A DNA stretch of 64,000 bases, taken from assembly GCA_003518055.1 (NCBI GenBank), contig DOZJ01000002.1, forward strand, positions 55,225 through 119,224, given 5' to 3'. Source of the stretch: Candidatus Falkowbacteria bacterium. Its GTDB lineage: Bacteria; Patescibacteriota; Patescibacteriia; UBA11705. The translations under genes and the position numbers were made by a program. Of this stretch, positions 46,840 through 56,096 are shown piece after piece. A model generated the notes under the pieces. That model did no database searches and was not told the origin of the DNA. It saw only the letters and a program-made list of their open reading frames with translations. Position 1 is the stretch's first letter. Each line of letters starts with the position of its first letter.

Positions 46840-47937
46840 ATGAAACAACGCTACAAAGTTTTGTTGCTATTTCTGATTATTTCGCTCATTCCTCTTGTGA
46901 TGTCAGTCGGTTGGGGAGTCTATACCGTTAAGCAAGCCCAAGATGAGGGGTTTTCTTTTCTCCAAGCGCAGATTACACGGGCGGTGAGCAATAATATGTC
47001 ATTGTATTTTCAGCAGAAAATTGAAAACACCTCTATCCGAGTGGTCCAAGAGGGCGCGAGTGACATCTCCGTCGAGGACCAACAATTTATTTTGACCGGC
47101 CTTTTGGCCAAGGATCAGGGTTTGGTTGAAGCCTCAATCGTCAATCGCGGCGGAATCGAAAAAAGTAAAATGGTTAGAGGCGCGCAGGCTTTTATCATGA
47201 GTAATACCAATTTTGCTGATCAAGAATTTTTTCATCTCAATCGCGGCGGTGAGTATTTTGTTGATTCAATTCAAACAACAGCTGCAGGGAAAACGGTGTT
47301 GATCGCCTCGCCCATATTGAGTTCTACCGATGAATACCTTGGAAGTTTGCTTGCCAGATATAACCTAACCGAAGTTAAAAATATTTTGGATGAAGTCACT
47401 CAAAGCGGCCACGGTTATGCTTATGTCGTGGATAAGGCCAAAAATCTGCTCATGACCACCCACAATGTTGATGGCTTAAAACTTAATGTCGGGCTTGGAA
47501 TTTTTGCGTCTGATTCTAAGTATCAAAAATTCCTGCTTGAAGGGGAAGATGTTTATTCCGGCCTTCAGGGCAGTCTGGTTCACGGCACCATCGACAAGCT
47601 GCCCGGTGTTGATTGGTGGCTGGTGGTGGAATGGCCGGTGGCTGATTTGTCCGACATCATTCGTGTCAACTTAATTCAGCTCGCCATTTTAACGTTGATT
47701 GTTTTGCTTGTTTCCGCAGTCGTGAGTCTAATCTATATTAATCGCGTGAACAATCAATTCAACCAAGTGATCGAAGGCGTTAAAATTATTGACAAGGGCA
47801 ATCTGAAATTCCGGATCAAAGCTCCGACCAATGATGAGTTGGAGGATCTGGCTACGGCCGTGAATAGTCTCGCCGATAAACTGGAACGATGCCAACCAGA
47901 GGGAGAAGATAAATCCAAATCCGGATCAGCATCATAA
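46840..47937 (+). CDS. Membrane sensor-like protein: periplasmic Cache-like domain + HAMP, no output domain
   Basis: Two TM helices bracket an extracytoplasmic domain. A HAMP-like amphipathic segment follows the second TM. The protein ends there. Confidence 0.45.
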   Translation: MKQRYKVLLLFLIISLIPLVMSVGWGVYTVKQAQDEGFSFLQAQITRAVSNNMSLYFQQKIENTSIRVVQEGASDISVEDQQFILTGLLAKDQGLVEASIVNRGGIEKSKMVRGAQAFIMSNTNFADQEFFHLNRGGEYFVDSIQTTAAGKTVLIASPILSSTDEYLGSLLARYNLTEVKNILDEVTQSGHGYAYVVDKAKNLLMTTHNVDGLKLNVGLGIFASDSKYQKFLLEGEDVYSGLQGSLVHGTIDKLPGVDWWLVVEWPVADLSDIIRVNLIQLAILTLIVLLVSAVVSLIYINRVNNQFNQVIEGVKIIDKGNLKFRIKAPTNDELEDLATAVNSLADKLERCQPEGEDKSKSGSAS

Positions 47938-47963
47938 TGTAACTTTTATTTAATAATTTAATA

Positions 47964-48590
47964 TTGCATATGGGGAGTTTTGACGTCCCGCCGGCGGCCA
48001 ATGAAGATTTGCGCAATTCAGAGGTTATGCTTAAACTTTTGGAACGAGGTGATCCGGACGACTTGAAAAAAATTGCCGTTTTTCATCAAGTTCCTATCGA
48101 CAAGGTTAAATTATTCAGTGATTTTGCCAAATTGCGACTGCGGACGGTGACCCGTTCTTGGGATGATGTTGTCGACCGGGAAAAAAATAACCCCAAAGCC
48201 ACCGACGAGGAATTGGCGCTCGGCGGCTACGCGGAAATGATTGAGCCGCAAGTCAGGAACGCTGTCTTGGCTCTTCGGCGCAAGGGTTACTCGACTTATG
48301 AATCCGGCTTTTACGACGAAAATTTTCAAGTCATTAGTTGTCAGGATAAACCATTCACAAATTACGTTTTCCCTGAAGCCTTTGTCGCCTCATTGAAATC
48401 CAAGGGTGTGGAGATTACGATTATCGACGATGAAATGATTCAGCTCAAATTTGACCGGTTTATGGATCTGGCTGAGATTAAACAGATTTGGGATGATATC
48501 GCGGAAATTTTGCCGCCGCTTGGCCGTCCGGCTGAACCCAGTCAAACCGGGTTTGCCCGAAATTTCAGAGATTCTCAACAAGCAGTATGA
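47964..48590 (+). CDS. Hypothetical protein
   Basis: 208-aa ORF. Confidence 0.45.
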   Translation: MHMGSFDVPPAANEDLRNSEVMLKLLERGDPDDLKKIAVFHQVPIDKVKLFSDFAKLRLRTVTRSWDDVVDREKNNPKATDEELALGGYAEMIEPQVRNAVLALRRKGYSTYESGFYDENFQVISCQDKPFTNYVFPEAFVASLKSKGVEITIIDDEMIQLKFDRFMDLAEIKQIWDDIAEILPPLGRPAEPSQTGFARNFRDSQQAV

Positions 48591-48661
48591 TTACTTAAAC
48601 CATATTTTTATTTCGGCAGGAGCAGGCTAGGCTTGTAATATAATTGTGAAATAAATTGAAT

Positions 48662-48690
48662 AAAAAAAGCCGCGATGTTTTCGCGGTTTT
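48662..48690. terminator. Bidirectional terminator (A7-ccgcga-tgttt-tcgcgg-T4)
   Basis: Between convergent genes. Confidence 0.55.
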
Positions 48691-48693
48691 ATC

Positions 48694-49143
48694 TTACTCG
48701 TTCCAGTTTTCAGGCTGCATCTCAAAGTCGGTCGGTTTCCAGACGACGACCGTGCGGTCAAAGTCTAGTCCGGCCTGTTTCAAATACCATGCAAAGGCTT
48801 CCACCGCCAGCCCACGGTTAATCGCGTCAGAGTTAACCACGATGTCCGGCAGGAACGGCCGATCATCGTCGGTGTGGATGACATAGTCAAGGTTCGAGAA
48901 GGTGTTACCAGCCTCAAAGTCCGCTGCCACGCGGGCGGCCGCATCAAGTCCTGCCGCTTCAGCGTATTTGCGCCACCGGGCAGCATCCTCCTCAAAGCTG
49001 ATCCTTCCCAGAATGGTGAAACGATACAGTCGCTGTTCACCTCGAACCCATACAGTCACATCAAAATCATCCCATGGTACGGTAGATGTCTGATGATTCG
49101 CAAGCGGTCCGAGCGTCGTTACCGTCAATCGCAGCTTCTTCAT
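48694..49143 (-). CDS. Hypothetical protein (GC-rich islet, gene 2 of 2)
   Basis: 149 aa. SD 'gggagg'. Confidence 0.55.
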   Translation of the reverse strand: MKKLRLTVTTLGPLANHQTSTVPWDDFDVTVWVRGEQRLYRFTILGRISFEEDAARWRKYAEAAGLDAAARVAADFEAGNTFSNLDYVIHTDDDRPFLPDIVVNSDAINRGLAVEAFAWYLKQAGLDFDRTVVVWKPTDFEMQPENWNE

Positions 49144-49231
49144 TCTCGCCTCCCGTGGTTGTTGGGATTTAGAGAAACCCCGACAATCGCAGGCTGGCGC
49201 AGCCGCTTCTCTTCATGTTTCTCCTTCCGGG

Positions 49232-49525
49232 TTAGTCGTTCTTCGTCAAATACGCCACCAAGGACTGAGCCTCTTCGGGCGTCCAGGCAAACCGCTGGGT
49301 CAGGCAAGAAATCACCTGCTCGTTAGTCCGGCCGCCAGCCAGAAGCTTGCGCGCCACCTTGCACGGCATAATGCTTTCATCGGACAGAGCGTGAGAACCA
49401 CCGGCATGTTCAGTCCAGCGATAAGGCCGGCGCAGATTTTCCCGCGCCGCCCTGAACCAACGCTTCGGACAATGATTATTATCCCGGCCAATAGTTTTGA
49501 CGAAACGGCGATGCGTTCGGCTCAT
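49232..49525 (-). CDS. Hypothetical basic protein, possible HTH at the C-terminus (GC-rich islet, gene 1 of 2)
   Basis: 97 aa. SD 'ggagg'. Arg-rich N-terminus. Confidence 0.5.
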   Translation of the reverse strand: MSRTHRRFVKTIGRDNNHCPKRWFRAARENLRRPYRWTEHAGGSHALSDESIMPCKVARKLLAGGRTNEQVISCLTQRFAWTPEEAQSLVAYLTKND

Positions 49526-49631
49526 GATTTCCTCCGGCCGCGGTTAGGTTTCTATTCGAAATCCCCGCAGCTGAAGCAGTTGATCATCCCTTTCTTTCAT
49601 CGTATCCCTCCATTTGGGAGTATCTTTGCTA

Positions 49632-49660
49632 ATTTTAGCAAAATTGTAATGGTTTGTCAA
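49632..49660 (-). promoter_or_regulatory. Consensus promoter TTGACA-17-TGcTAAAAT (minus strand)
   Basis: Reverse complement reads ttgaca-aaccattacaattttgc-taaaat. Confidence 0.5.
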
Positions 49661-49888
49661 TAGACCAGATTTTTTTGCTTGACTTTTTTAGTAAAATAAG
49701 ATATAATTTTAATATAATAAAAGATATTTAAAATCAGTTTGCATCTTCTGAAGCAGCAAATCCTACCTCTCAGTTTGCCATTTACGGCGAACTGAATTTA
49801 TGGGGTTAATTTTAAATCTTTTCTTATTGCGCTTGCCAAAATAGCTCAATTTGGTAGGATACCTAAATAACTATTTTACTTCTAATTT

Positions 49889-50839
49889 ATGATGAAAAAT
49901 CTTTTACTTGTTATCATTATCGTCCTTTTGGCCGCTTTGCTTGGATTGGCCGCGTTCTTTTACTTCGGTGAACGCGCTGCTGAGCCGACTGACAATACTA
50001 ATTCTACTACTGATATCACAGACGTCGCGAATGGGGCCAATGGTTCTCGAAGCGATGATTCAAATACAAATTCTGATCCTCGAACAAACCAGCCGTCGAA
50101 CACTCGTCCGGTTGATGAGTTAATTCGGGTGGTCAGTCCGAAAGTGGGGGACACTGTGTCCAACCCGATCCAGTATAGCGGTGAAGCCCGCGGTCAATTT
50201 TATTTCGAGGGCAGCTTTCCGGTTCGGCTGGAGACACCGAGTGGAAAAATTATCGCTCAAAGTTTCGCGACCGCTCAGGGTGAATGGATGACCGAGAATT
50301 TTGTGCCTTTTACCGGTCAATTGACTTTCAATTATGCTGATATTGAAGACGGTCGCCTTAATTTGGTATTTGAAAAAGATAATGCCGGTGACTTGCCTCT
50401 GACCGCCAATGACCGCAAGGTTATTGCGATCTATATTCAGGACGCGCCGGATAGAGTTTCTTTTAATGTCTATTTCCTCAACGACGACCTCGATAACAAC
50501 CCGAACTCCTGCGCTGAAGTCTTTCCCATAGTGCGCAGCGTTCCGTTTACCCAAGCTGTGGCCCGAGCCGCGTTGGAGACTCTGATCGAAGGCCCTGATG
50601 GCTTGGAATCAGAATCAGGCTACACCAGCGTGGTGCCGACAGCGACGATTAATTCGTTGGCAATCAATAATGGTACTCTAACGGTTGACTTCCGTGGTAA
50701 TAGCAATGACTGGAGCGGCGGATCATGCCGAGTCACCGCTATGCGTCAGCAAATCCTGCGTACCGCCAGTCAATTCCCGACGGTGAATAATGTAGTTATC
50801 TCCGTCAATGGTGAAGTTGATACGATTTTCCAACCATAA
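49889..50839 (+). CDS. GerMN/Gmad2-domain secreted protein (paralogue)
   Basis: Same C-terminal pattern '...VISVNGEVDTIF'. N-terminal TM. Confidence 0.55.
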   Translation: MMKNLLLVIIIVLLAALLGLAAFFYFGERAAEPTDNTNSTTDITDVANGANGSRSDDSNTNSDPRTNQPSNTRPVDELIRVVSPKVGDTVSNPIQYSGEARGQFYFEGSFPVRLETPSGKIIAQSFATAQGEWMTENFVPFTGQLTFNYADIEDGRLNLVFEKDNAGDLPLTANDRKVIAIYIQDAPDRVSFNVYFLNDDLDNNPNSCAEVFPIVRSVPFTQAVARAALETLIEGPDGLESESGYTSVVPTATINSLAINNGTLTVDFRGNSNDWSGGSCRVTAMRQQILRTASQFPTVNNVVISVNGEVDTIFQP

Positions 50840-50936
50840 TTAAACTTCGATATACTTAAAAAATACCGGTCAGCGGTATTTTTTAATTTGGCTGAAATGC
50901 TTTATAATTATCTTTATATAATGATTAATATTATTT

Positions 50937-52082
50937 ATGAAAAAAATATTGGTTATATTCTTACTCTGTTTACTTTGGCTGCCGACCAGCACCGTTTTTG
51001 CCGCTGATGCCGAAGCCGCACCCGATCAAGAGTTTTTCACCGCCAAGGTGATCAAAATTTTGGCTGAGCAGGAAATCACCCGGCAGGATGGCTCAATTGC
51101 TGTTCAGCAGAATATTCGCCTTTTGGGTTTGGAGGGTGAGTGGACCGGGCGAGAGGTAGAGTACATTGGCATCTCCGGCCTCGATGTGATCAGCAACAAT
51201 GTTTATCGAGAAGGCGACAAGGTTATAGTTCTATCGAGTCCAGACACCGATGGGAATGAAATTTATTACATCACCGACTATGTCCGTCAGGGATATTTGA
51301 TTTGGCTGCTGGTGATTCTGTTCTTGGTTATTTTTGCTGTGGCTTTTGGTAAAGGAATTAAGGCGTTGATCAGTTTATTCCTCACGTTTGTGGTTATTAT
51401 TTGGTTTATTATTCCGCGGATTTTGGCTGGCGGCAACCCGGTTTTATATACCGTGATCGGATCATTGATTATTTTGGCTATTATTATTTATTTGACCGAA
51501 GGCTGGAATCAGAAATCGCACTTGGCTGTGACGAGTATCGTGATCTCTCTTTTTATCACCGGTACTTTGGCGGTCCTTTTCACGTCACTGGCCCGCTTGA
51601 CCGGCAGCGCCGAGGAAGAAGTGATGTATCTGATCGGTGTCGGCAAGGGCATCATTGATTTCAAGGGGCTGCTTCTAGCCGGCATTATCATTGGTACTTT
51701 GGGCGCGCTTGATGACGGTGTCATCAGTCAGGTATCAGCCGTCGAAGAACTCAAAAAAGCCAATCCAAATTTGACCAAAATGCAAATTTACACCAGCGCC
51801 ATGAAAGTGGGCGTATCTCATATCGGCTCAATGACCAACACCTTATTTCTGGCCTATGCCGGCGCCTCCATGCCGCTGCTGCTGATTTTCAGTGTGCGAC
51901 AAGAGCCGTTTTTGCGGTTTTCTCAGATTGTCAACAATGAAATGATTGCCACCGAGATTGTCCGCGCTTTTGTCGGCAGTATCGGCTTGGCATTGGTTGT
52001 GCCGATTGCCACCGCCCTAGCCGCCTTTTACTTGAAAATTGAGGTTAAAGGACCAATTACAGAATCCGCTAAAAAACAGTAA
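50937..52082 (+). CDS. YibE/F-family membrane protein
   Basis: Signal peptide, periplasmic N-domain, then about 6 TM helices with a Gly-rich core typical of YibE/F. Confidence 0.6.
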   Translation: MKKILVIFLLCLLWLPTSTVFAADAEAAPDQEFFTAKVIKILAEQEITRQDGSIAVQQNIRLLGLEGEWTGREVEYIGISGLDVISNNVYREGDKVIVLSSPDTDGNEIYYITDYVRQGYLIWLLVILFLVIFAVAFGKGIKALISLFLTFVVIIWFIIPRILAGGNPVLYTVIGSLIILAIIIYLTEGWNQKSHLAVTSIVISLFITGTLAVLFTSLARLTGSAEEEVMYLIGVGKGIIDFKGLLLAGIIIGTLGALDDGVISQVSAVEELKKANPNLTKMQIYTSAMKVGVSHIGSMTNTLFLAYAGASMPLLLIFSVRQEPFLRFSQIVNNEMIATEIVRAFVGSIGLALVVPIATALAAFYLKIEVKGPITESAKKQ

Positions 52083-52095
52083 AAACAAGCTAGTT

Positions 52096-52124
52096 TTGAC
52101 AATATTTATTAATTGTGATATAAT
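52096..52124 (+). promoter_or_regulatory. Consensus promoter TTGACA-17-TGaTATAAT
   Basis: ttgaca at 52096-52101. 17-nt spacer ending tga. tataat at 52119-52124. Confidence 0.6.
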
Positions 52125-52168
52125 TTTGTGTTGTTTTCCACCACGGAGAAGGTGAAAGGGGATACCGA

Positions 52169-53077
52169 ATGAGCAGTGCAGCCTTCGCCACTTTTCCAAT
52201 GTATGGCGCTTTTCAGTCTGCTGAAGAACACATGGGTATCAAGAACGCGCGCTGGCAGCCCGTGGCAGCGGAGTCTTTGCAGCAGCGGTTTGTTGAATTT
52301 TTGGAGCGCAATCGTGGTAATGTTGGAACCGTGAATCGTTTCATGAAGTGTATCGCGACCAGAGACGTGGCTGAGTTTAATCGCTTCATGGTGGAAAATC
52401 ATCATCCGGAAATGCAGCTTCAAAGCCTCGGTGATATGCAGTTCGCCGCCGGTGCGGTCATGGATGTGCTCGTCAAGTGGCTTCAGATCGGCGATCCCGT
52501 TGACATTTGCCAGTTCGGCCATCAGGGACCGACTTATCCTGGTGTTCATCTGAAGAAGGGCGTGACCGTTTACTCCACGGCTGAAGATCACGGCCGATGC
52601 GTGGTCAAGATCATCACGCAGGATCCGGATGTCGAAGTGCTTTTGATCAAGGCCAAACCAGGAGCCGATGATGACATGGACGGCCTGACTCTCACTGACC
52701 GCGGCCGGTTCATTATTGGCATGGTTGATCGGTTGCCCCGTTCCCGGACTTTTTCCGGTGTGGAATTTCCGATGGTGATGTTGGACACCGAACCGGATGT
52801 GAACTGGCTTTGCGGCTTGTCCACGGTTGACGACGGAGGGGTGCCGGCCTGGGTGGCTCAGGCGCGGATGCACGTCCGCCTGCGGGTCAACCTCGAAGGG
52901 GCGCGCGCTGAAGCTGCTTTTGAAATGGTTGTCCTTCGTGGCGGCGGCGATTTCAATCCGCCATATGTCATTGATGGTCCGTTTTACTTCATCATGCGCT
53001 ATCGCGGCGTGGATGAGCCGCTTCTGGTCGCCTACTGCGATGTGGATTCGTGGAAGGATCCGGGCAGTCTCGCTTAG
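52169..53077 (+). CDS. Hypothetical cytoplasmic protein (GC-rich)
   Basis: 302 aa. Extended SD 'ggagaaggtgaaagggg'. The antisense ORF 52109..53095 is His-rich low-complexity and is judged a shadow. Confidence 0.55.
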   Translation: MSSAAFATFPMYGAFQSAEEHMGIKNARWQPVAAESLQQRFVEFLERNRGNVGTVNRFMKCIATRDVAEFNRFMVENHHPEMQLQSLGDMQFAAGAVMDVLVKWLQIGDPVDICQFGHQGPTYPGVHLKKGVTVYSTAEDHGRCVVKIITQDPDVEVLLIKAKPGADDDMDGLTLTDRGRFIIGMVDRLPRSRTFSGVEFPMVMLDTEPDVNWLCGLSTVDDGGVPAWVAQARMHVRLRVNLEGARAEAAFEMVVLRGGGDFNPPYVIDGPFYFIMRYRGVDEPLLVAYCDVDSWKDPGSLA

Positions 53078-53209
53078 TTCGTACACTGATATCAATCAGT
53101 GTTTTTTTGTGCTTGTAGCGGAATCGGCATTTTTTCATTGATTGGTTGACAAATGAATGGTTATTTTATATCATTATATATCGTATCCACCACAGGAAGG
53201 AGCTGCCTG

Positions 53210-53659
53210 ATGTTGTACCGGATTGGGCTTATCCTTGTTGGTCTTTCCCTATGCAGCTGCGGGCCGTCAACCGGATTCATTCGACATCGAATTTCGCGGA
53301 CCACTGATTGGCAGCATGAACGCTTGGCTGATTTGTGGCAGAAAACCGATGGCGGACATCACATTGTCAAAACCGTGGTTGACCCCAAAGATGGCGATGA
53401 ATATTATGTTAAATGCGGTTTCAGGTTTGATCATCAGGCCATGGTTCAGCTCAGCACGGAATATGAGGAGGCGTTACTGAATTTCGCAATTTGCGATCAA
53501 TGCCGATATGATAGACGGTTCGGTCATGATTGCGAAACATTCGAACGAAATACTCGAATTAAGCGCGACGGCTTTACCGGCTTTTTTCAAGAAGGGGAAG
53601 ATCAAAATCCCGAAGCGGTGTGCGGTTTTTTGCGCCTTGATCGTCCGGACTGTTTGTGA
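53210..53659 (+). CDS. Putative lipoprotein
   Basis: Start MLYRIGLILVGLSLCSC after SD 'aggaaggag'. Lipobox L-S-L-C. Confidence 0.5.
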   Translation: MLYRIGLILVGLSLCSCGPSTGFIRHRISRTTDWQHERLADLWQKTDGGHHIVKTVVDPKDGDEYYVKCGFRFDHQAMVQLSTEYEEALLNFAICDQCRYDRRFGHDCETFERNTRIKRDGFTGFFQEGEDQNPEAVCGFLRLDRPDCL

Positions 53660-53677
53660 TTAACCCCACAAGGAGGT

Positions 53678-54088
53678 TTGGAAATGAAAATGACATCATT
53701 TATCGTACTCTTTGCCTGTTTCTGGCTCATGGCTGGCTGCGGTTCTGCTAATCTTCGTGAGAGTGAACAACCTAATACTCGATTGATTGAGTGGTGGGGT
53801 CTGTCAGCCTCTGGATCGGCGGTTTTTAGAAGCTCCGATGGTGATGAAGATATTTTTGTTTACTGCTCCGAGGTGGAGTCAGCGGATCGTCTTAAGGCAA
53901 AAGAATTGGGATCAATTCTTATTTTACGCCGGCATATTTATAATGAAGAATGCGGCGAAGACCGAGTGTTTTTAAGTGATGAGGAGATTAGCTTTTATCC
54001 CGTGATGCTTCATGAGGTCGATTGCACCAATTGTCGAGTTTGTATTTATACCAAAACGATTCAAGTCAATTGTTCTTCTGCCCTCTAG
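53678..54088 (+). CDS. Putative lipoprotein (Cys-rich)
   Basis: SD 'aaggagg'. Signal plus lipobox L-M-A-G-C. Eight Cys residues. Confidence 0.5.
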   Translation: MEMKMTSFIVLFACFWLMAGCGSANLRESEQPNTRLIEWWGLSASGSAVFRSSDGDEDIFVYCSEVESADRLKAKELGSILILRRHIYNEECGEDRVFLSDEEISFYPVMLHEVDCTNCRVCIYTKTIQVNCSSAL

Positions 54089-54114
54089 TCCTAATATAAA
54101 TTAGGACTTTTTTA
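54087..54114 (+). terminator. Rho-independent terminator (agtcctaat-ataa-attaggact + T6)
   Basis: 9-bp stem and T-run. Confidence 0.65.
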
Positions 54115-54186
54115 TTTCAATAGTTATCTTTTTTTGCTATAATATTTGTGTAGTGCAATTATTTTAACTATATTTCACCATCGTCT

Positions 54187-55545
54187 ATGTCAAAATACAT
54201 GTCTTTGAATCACCAGAAAGCTTGGGTGGTCGCCGTTGATATGGGGTATGGCCACCAGCGCGCGGCCGCGCCGCTCAAAAACTTGGCGTACGGCGGCGAA
54301 GTGATCAACGCCAATAATTACAAGGGGATACCAAAAGAAGATCAAGAGTTATGGCATGACAGCCGGCGATTTTATGAATTTATTTCTCGATTCAAAAATG
54401 TCCCCATCTTAGGCCGAGCCGCATTTGATTTATTTGATAAGTTCCAAGAAATACCGCCATTCTATCCCAAACGTGATTTGTCTGATCCGAATTTGCAGGT
54501 CAAATACATGCATCATTTGATCCAGAAAAAAGACTGGGGCAAGCACCTGATCCAGAAGCTCGACAAGAAACCCATGCCGTTGATTACCACGTTTTTTGTC
54601 ACCGCCTTTATGGCTGAACAATTTAATTATTCAGGTGATATTTATGCCGTCGCCACTGACACGGACATCAGCCGCAGCTGGGTGCCGATTGATCCGGAAA
54701 AGAGCCGAATCCGCTATTTTGCGCCGAGCCAAAGAGCTTATGATCGTCTCAAGCGGTATGGGGTTCAAGAAGACAAAATTTTTCTCACCGGTTTCCCACT
54801 GCCGATTGAACTCCTCGGCCAAAAAAGTCTTAATATTCTGAAGGGTGACCTCGGACATCGTCTGACCAACCTAGATCCCAACCGTAAATATATCGAGCAT
54901 TATGGCGAGAGTTTGGTTGAGCATCTGGGCAAAAATAATTTTCCCGGCAAAAAGCGTCATCATCCGCTTACTATTATGTTTGCCGTTGGCGGCGCCGGAG
55001 CCCAGCGTGAAGTCGGGGTCGCGGTAGTCAAGAGCCTTCGAGCCAAAATTAGACGCGGCCAGGTCCGCGTGATTCTCGTCGCCGGCACGCACAAAGATAT
55101 CAAAACCTATTTTAAACGAGAAATAATTTCCTTGGGCTTGGACAAACAGTTGGGGAGGGGAGTTATTATTATTCACTGCCTGAATAAGGAGCAATATTTT
55201 CGTAAATTCAACCGCGCGCTGCGCACCACCGATATCTTGTGGACCAAGCCGAGCGAATTGAGTTTCTATACCGCACTTGGTCTGCCGATTGTCATGGCGC
55301 CGCCGATCGGTTCGCAGGAAAAATTCAACCGCAAGTGGCTGTTTATGATTGGCTCGGGCGTGGAACAGGAAAGGGCTGAATACACCGACGAATGGCTATT
55401 CGATTTGATCAATACCGGCTGGTTTGCGGAAGCCGCAGTTAATGGTTTTCTCGAAGCGCCGAAATACGGCACCTACAACATTCAGAAAATTATCAGCGCC
55501 AAGCCGGAAGAATGTTTACGGTGCAAAACCGAGATGAGGTATTAG
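54187..55545 (+). CDS. GT28-family glycosyltransferase (MGDG-synthase/UgtP/MurG-like)
   Basis: N-terminal 'VAVDMGYGHQRAA' matches the GT-B N-domain G-G-H motif of MGDG synthase-like enzymes. 452 aa. Confidence 0.5.
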   Translation: MSKYMSLNHQKAWVVAVDMGYGHQRAAAPLKNLAYGGEVINANNYKGIPKEDQELWHDSRRFYEFISRFKNVPILGRAAFDLFDKFQEIPPFYPKRDLSDPNLQVKYMHHLIQKKDWGKHLIQKLDKKPMPLITTFFVTAFMAEQFNYSGDIYAVATDTDISRSWVPIDPEKSRIRYFAPSQRAYDRLKRYGVQEDKIFLTGFPLPIELLGQKSLNILKGDLGHRLTNLDPNRKYIEHYGESLVEHLGKNNFPGKKRHHPLTIMFAVGGAGAQREVGVAVVKSLRAKIRRGQVRVILVAGTHKDIKTYFKREIISLGLDKQLGRGVIIIHCLNKEQYFRKFNRALRTTDILWTKPSELSFYTALGLPIVMAPPIGSQEKFNRKWLFMIGSGVEQERAEYTDEWLFDLINTGWFAEAAVNGFLEAPKYGTYNIQKIISAKPEECLRCKTEMRY

Positions 55546-55744
55546 TGACGAATTTAAAATTACAATCATTGTTGATAGAAGCCGGACCAATGAGGTTGTC
55601 CGGCTTTTTTATCTCCCTGATGTGAACTCTTAAACTTTTAATCACATCCTTTTTTGGTATGGAGGTTATTGCTCTCAATCATCCCCAAAGATTTTGGTTA
55701 TCACCAAATAAATGATATAATATTTCCATAACAATTCGGTTTCT

Positions 55745-56095
55745 ATGCAAAAATCACATAAAATCCGATTGGTAATCAGCTATCTTTTTTTAGTCGCGGC
55801 TTACGCGATTTATTTTGGTTATGATACGGTTTTGTTTAGTTTACTTTTGACTGTTTTCGGTTTATCGATTCTGATGCTTGGTTTGGTTGGCGGCAAACCA
55901 AAATTGCGGATGTCGTCCCCCGGTTTTGTTTGGCGGCGGCGAAAAGAAAAATCCGCTGAGGAGCAGGATTTGGCCGCGGTTGAGTTGTCACCGGAAACCG
56001 CGGAGGTTGAGGTCCGGCCAAAAACTTCCGCTGACATCAAGAATGATCTCCAAGAAATAACTAAGGTTTGGAAAGAACTTGAAGAAGATAAATAA
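55745..56095 (+). CDS. Small membrane protein
   Basis: Two hydrophobic helices. Confidence 0.35.
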   Translation: MQKSHKIRLVISYLFLVAAYAIYFGYDTVLFSLLLTVFGLSILMLGLVGGKPKLRMSSPGFVWRRRKEKSAEEQDLAAVELSPETAEVEVRPKTSADIKNDLQEITKVWKELEEDK

Positions 56096-56096
56096 T

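Noticed and set aside
49828-49862. tRNA-like fragment 'gcgcttgccaaaatagctcaatttggtaggatacc' (D-arm-like AGCTCA..TGGTAG)
   Set aside because: The D-stem and acceptor do not pair properly and there is no anticodon or T arm. Probably a chance resemblance within an AT-rich leader. Kept in mind as a possible integration scar next to the GC-rich islet.
52109-53095. 328-aa minus-strand ORF
   Set aside because: Antisense shadow of the GC-rich plus-strand gene 52169..53077. The translation is His/Arg-rich low-complexity, and the plus-strand frame has the promoter and SD.
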